Source of the DNA: Candidatus Culexmicrobium cathedralense
GTDB lineage: Archaea > Thermoproteota > Methanomethylicia > Culexarchaeales > Culexmicrobiaceae
Direction: 5' to 3'
Assembly (NCBI GenBank): GCA_025061115.1
Contig: JANZKC010000002.1
Span: forward strand, 384,001 to 448,000
Length of the DNA stretch: 64,000 nucleotides
The notes below the pieces were generated by a model that ran no database searches, was not told the origin of the DNA, and was given only the letters and a program-made list of their open reading frames with translations. Shown piece by piece: positions 61,160 through 64,000 of the stretch. A program made the position numbers and the translations under genes. The first letter of the stretch is position 1. Every line of letters begins with the position of its first letter.

Positions 61160-61237
61160 GGGCCCGTAGCTCAGCCTGGTAAGAGCACTCGGCTGATAAC
61201 CGAGGGGTCGTGGGTTCAAATCCCACCGGGCCCACCA
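61160..61237 (+). tRNA. tRNA-Ile(GAT)
   Basis: GGGCCCG..CGGGCCC-A-CCA; anticodon arm CTCGG-CT-GAT-AA-CCGAG. Confidence 0.96.
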
Positions 61238-61250
61238 TAAACATCAATAC

Positions 61251-61886
61251 CTATCTCACGAACTTTCCCGGACTTTTCAAAAACTCAATCATCACTTGAA
61301 GCCAGCCCAACTCACGGGCTTCAATGGCGATTTTCTCCCAATTCAATTTCGCAATTAGAAGCAACAACAAGATGGAAAGGATAAATGAAGCAAGTCCAGA
61401 AACAATGGGATCCCCGCCAAAAGCAATGCCTAGCCCCCGACCAATTGCTGCAGTAACCCCGACTATCAGCGTCTTCCCAATAAAAACAGCTACAAAGAAC
61501 TTGCATGGACTATACATTGAAAAGCTAATTGGCACGTAAAGAATGTCGTCAGGCAAGGGCAAAGCAGCAAAAAGGAAAATAGCAGAAAAAATGCTTCTCT
61601 CAAAAAGCTTGCTAAACCTCTGAAGATTGCTTCTCACCCTAATCGAAAGAAAAGAGCTCAAACTTCGCCCAGCGAGCAATATTATCAATTTGCCAAGTGC
61701 AGATCCAAGGCCTCCCAAAATCGATATAACCAACAATTCACTAACCGAAAGTTCGACCAAAGCAGAATACTCCACAACCACCAGCAAATAGGGCAAACCA
61801 ACATATGGAGTTGCATTCCCAATGAGGGAGGCGAGGAAAATCCCAACTGGACCCAGCATCCTCAAAAAGTCGATGACATCATTCAA
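61251..61886 (-). CDS. DedA/VTT-domain membrane protein
   Basis: GIFLASLIGNATP..GLPY, GSALGK...GR, FLFAALPLPDD, FIGK; start reassigned to TTG 61886. Confidence 0.8.
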   Translation of the reverse strand: MNDVIDFLRMLGPVGIFLASLIGNATPYVGLPYLLVVVEYSALVELSVSELLVISILGGLGSALGKLIILLAGRSLSSFLSIRVRSNLQRFSKLFERSIFSAIFLFAALPLPDDILYVPISFSMYSPCKFFVAVFIGKTLIVGVTAAIGRGLGIAFGGDPIVSGLASFILSILLLLLIAKLNWEKIAIEARELGWLQVMIEFLKSPGKFVR

Positions 61887-62007
61887 GCCAAAAAGAGATC
61901 CACAAGTATTTCCAAAGCCAATTGCACAATAGTTAGCCGAAAAATCCATGAGGACAGCCAACCTACTAATGCAAACCACATAGCTGCAATTCAAGCTGGA
62001 AACTCCC

Positions 62008-63168
62008 CTAAGCATCATCAAGCTTAGCGAATTCGCAGGGAACCTCAAACGCTTTACCCAAAACTTCACCATAAACCGAGGCCACCAAACTGGCAATTCT
62101 CTCCCAAGAATACCTTTTAACAGCAATCTCCCTACCAGCCATCCCCATCCTCCAAGCCAAGTCACGATCGCATAGCAATTGAACAATTCGCTCAGCAAGC
62201 AAAACCTCATTTCCAGGAGGAACAAGGAAGCCGCTCGCACCATCACATACAACTTCAGGCAGCCCCCCAACTGCCGAAGCTATGATAGGCCTTCCCGAAG
62301 CCATCGCCTCGAGGGCAACAATTCCAAAACTCTCCCTATACAAGCTCGGCATCACCACTACCCTGGATCTTCGATAAATACTAGGCAACCTATCCTCAGA
62401 GACCCTCCCTAGAAATCTAACCTTACCATTCAAGTCAAACTGCCAAACAAGCATTTTAAGGAAGGGAAGCATGTACCCCTCCCCAACAACGAGCAGCTTT
62501 GCATCCGGCACTTCCCTCACGACTCTCGAGAAGGCCTTTATGAGCACATGAACACCCTTTCTGTGAACCAGCCTTCCAACATACAAAACCACCTGCTCAT
62601 CAGGCTCAGATTCCGGCGGATGAAAGCGATGCACATCCACTCCATTTGGGATTATTAAGCTCTCAGCACCATTTCCAAGCAAGTTCTCAATAAATGAAGC
62701 TGCGCACTTACTAACCGAAATTATGCGATTTGCCTTCGAAATAAAGTACCTCAAGAACATCAAGCCCCTGCAAGACATCAAAGTCAGCGCAGAAGATGGA
62801 GTGCTGCCAGCAGCACTATGATTTGTTAAAACCCTCGGCACCCCAAACCTCTCAGCAACATGCAAAGTAAGTAGCGGAGTAGGCGTGAAAGCATGATGAG
62901 CGTGAACTATGTCAGGAGAAAAATCGGAGATCACCCGCTTCAATGAGCCCAAATTGGGAGGGGAAATTGGATTTTGAATTGGAATTGCAGGGTCAACATA
63001 TATGATGGGCGCGTCAAACTGCAATTCCCCACTAACCCTACTATTCAACTTAGTTAGAATTGCAACTTCAAATCCCAGCTTCACAAGAAAAGTGGAAAGC
63101 TCCCTAACGTGCCTCTGAACGCCTCCAGGCGTAAGAGGATGCCACTCAATAGCCATGAGAACCCTCAA
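62008..63168 (-). CDS. GT4 glycosyltransferase, PigA-like
   Basis: EWHP.TPGGVQRHVREL, VHAHHAF...VLTNHS, IPNGVD, GRLVHRKG, ESFGIVALEAMASG. Confidence 0.88.
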   Translation of the reverse strand: MRVLMAIEWHPLTPGGVQRHVRELSTFLVKLGFEVAILTKLNSRVSGELQFDAPIIYVDPAIPIQNPISPPNLGSLKRVISDFSPDIVHAHHAFTPTPLLTLHVAERFGVPRVLTNHSAAGSTPSSALTLMSCRGLMFLRYFISKANRIISVSKCAASFIENLLGNGAESLIIPNGVDVHRFHPPESEPDEQVVLYVGRLVHRKGVHVLIKAFSRVVREVPDAKLLVVGEGYMLPFLKMLVWQFDLNGKVRFLGRVSEDRLPSIYRRSRVVVMPSLYRESFGIVALEAMASGRPIIASAVGGLPEVVCDGASGFLVPPGNEVLLAERIVQLLCDRDLAWRMGMAGREIAVKRYSWERIASLVASVYGEVLGKAFEVPCEFAKLDDA

Positions 63169-63244
63169 AATACCACCAAAAACCATACGAAAAACGAATA
63201 TATAAGATTTGAACACAACTCAAAGTGCAATTGAGGGAGGAGGC

Positions 63245-63610
63245 ATGCTGAACGGCGAAGCCATAAGCATTGAAAAGTCCATGTATAGGGGGATGTTCAG
63301 ACCACTAATACTCTCCCTACTCGATAGGTCTATGATGAGGTTCTACCAAATATTTAAAGCTATACGCCAAATAACGGGCAGAAAGCCAAGCTTAAGCACC
63401 ATACATGACATACTGGTAGAGCTTGAAAGCAAGAAACTCATAAAAAGCATAACAACCCAAACAAGCGAAAAGTACTATCAAATCACCGAAAACGGCAGAA
63501 AAACCCTAAATGAGATTAGAGCCAAGTGTAAGTCCCACATAATTGACATAATAAGCTTAATCTTTGAAGTGCAAGAGAAAAGCAAGAACCGAGTTAACAA
63601 GCGGTGGTAA
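63245..63610 (+). CDS. PadR-family transcriptional regulator
   Basis: RGMFRPLILSLL, PSLSTIHDILVELE...LI, KYYQITENG. Confidence 0.82.
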   Translation: MLNGEAISIEKSMYRGMFRPLILSLLDRSMMRFYQIFKAIRQITGRKPSLSTIHDILVELESKKLIKSITTQTSEKYYQITENGRKTLNEIRAKCKSHIIDIISLIFEVQEKSKNRVNKRW

Positions 63611-63611
63611 A

Positions 63612-64000
63612 ATGGAGCTCTCGATCCTCAGCAACCTCCAAATAGCATCCATGATACTAACGCTGATAATCTCCCTAATTTCATCAGCTGTAATCGGCTT
63701 TCACGTCACGTACTACTGGATTGGAAAAATAAAAAGCAGAGAAGCAGAGCAATTGAAGAAGCTAGAGACGGCGCCTCCCATAACCATAATCGTACCAGTA
63801 AGAAATGAGCCAATAGGCATCATTACTAGACTCCTCGAAGCATTAGCACAACAGCAATACCCCAAGGATAAAATGGAAATAATAGTGGTCAGCGATGATG
63901 AAGAAGCATACTTCAAGGAAATCAAGCAAAAGTTGGAGGAGATCAGCAGCGAGAAAAGTCTTTCGGTAAGAATATTCAGGAGAGAGAATCCCAAGGGATT
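63612..64000 (+). CDS. GT2 glycosyltransferase (cellulose-synthase-like), 3'-partial (absent from ORF track)
   Basis: Manual translation: N-terminal TM, ITIIVPVRNEP, QQYPKDKMEIIVVSDD. Confidence 0.85.
   Translation, partial: MELSILSNLQIASMILTLIISLISSAVIGFHVTYYWIGKIKSREAEQLKKLETAPPITIIVPVRNEPIGIITRLLEALAQQQYPKDKMEIIVVSDDEEAYFKEIKQKLEEISSEKSLSVRIFRRENPKG

Noticed and set aside
61887-62270. N-terminal ~130 aa of the 339-aa ORF 61251..62270
   Set aside because: Overlaps the GT4 gene out of frame; DedA-like sequence begins only near 61886.
1-64000. CRISPR arrays, rRNA, IS or integrase genes, att duplications of tRNA 3' ends, inteins, tRNA introns, Sec/Pyl readthrough
   Set aside because: None seen by eye; short or degenerate repeats could have been missed without computation.

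Overview
Chromosomal segment of an archaeon. A TACK/Thermoproteota-like lineage is suggested by the non-catalytic beta subunit of an alpha2beta2 splicing endonuclease, split Kae1/Bud32, DUF2118 and rpoK missing from the rpoN-eno block. Positions 1-30.4 kb are a dense, mostly minus-strand housekeeping superoperon: ribosomal proteins, KEOPS, RNA polymerase subunits, aIF2-gamma/aIF5B, GluRS and the mevalonate/isoprenoid block. Positions 30.4-64 kb mix core genes (tfe, aTrm56, hflX, mbf1, pan, nac, atpD, hisS, endA, pheST, map) and five intron-less, CCA-encoding tRNAs with accessory DNA. The accessory DNA comprises two decaying ABC-transporter operons, a D-glutamate cyclase-like gene, an AT-rich secreted-protein pair beside tRNA-Thr, and a PigA-like GT4/DedA/PadR/GT2 cluster. 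Features absent from the ORF track include a stand-alone ~70-nt hairpin RNA with a box C/D K-loop upstream of rps13, an 8-Cys zinc-finger microprotein, several operator-like palindromes, and local strand-skew flips near tRNA or divergent promoters. No CRISPR array, rRNA, integrase or transposase was seen. All calls come from reading motifs by eye; no searches were run.
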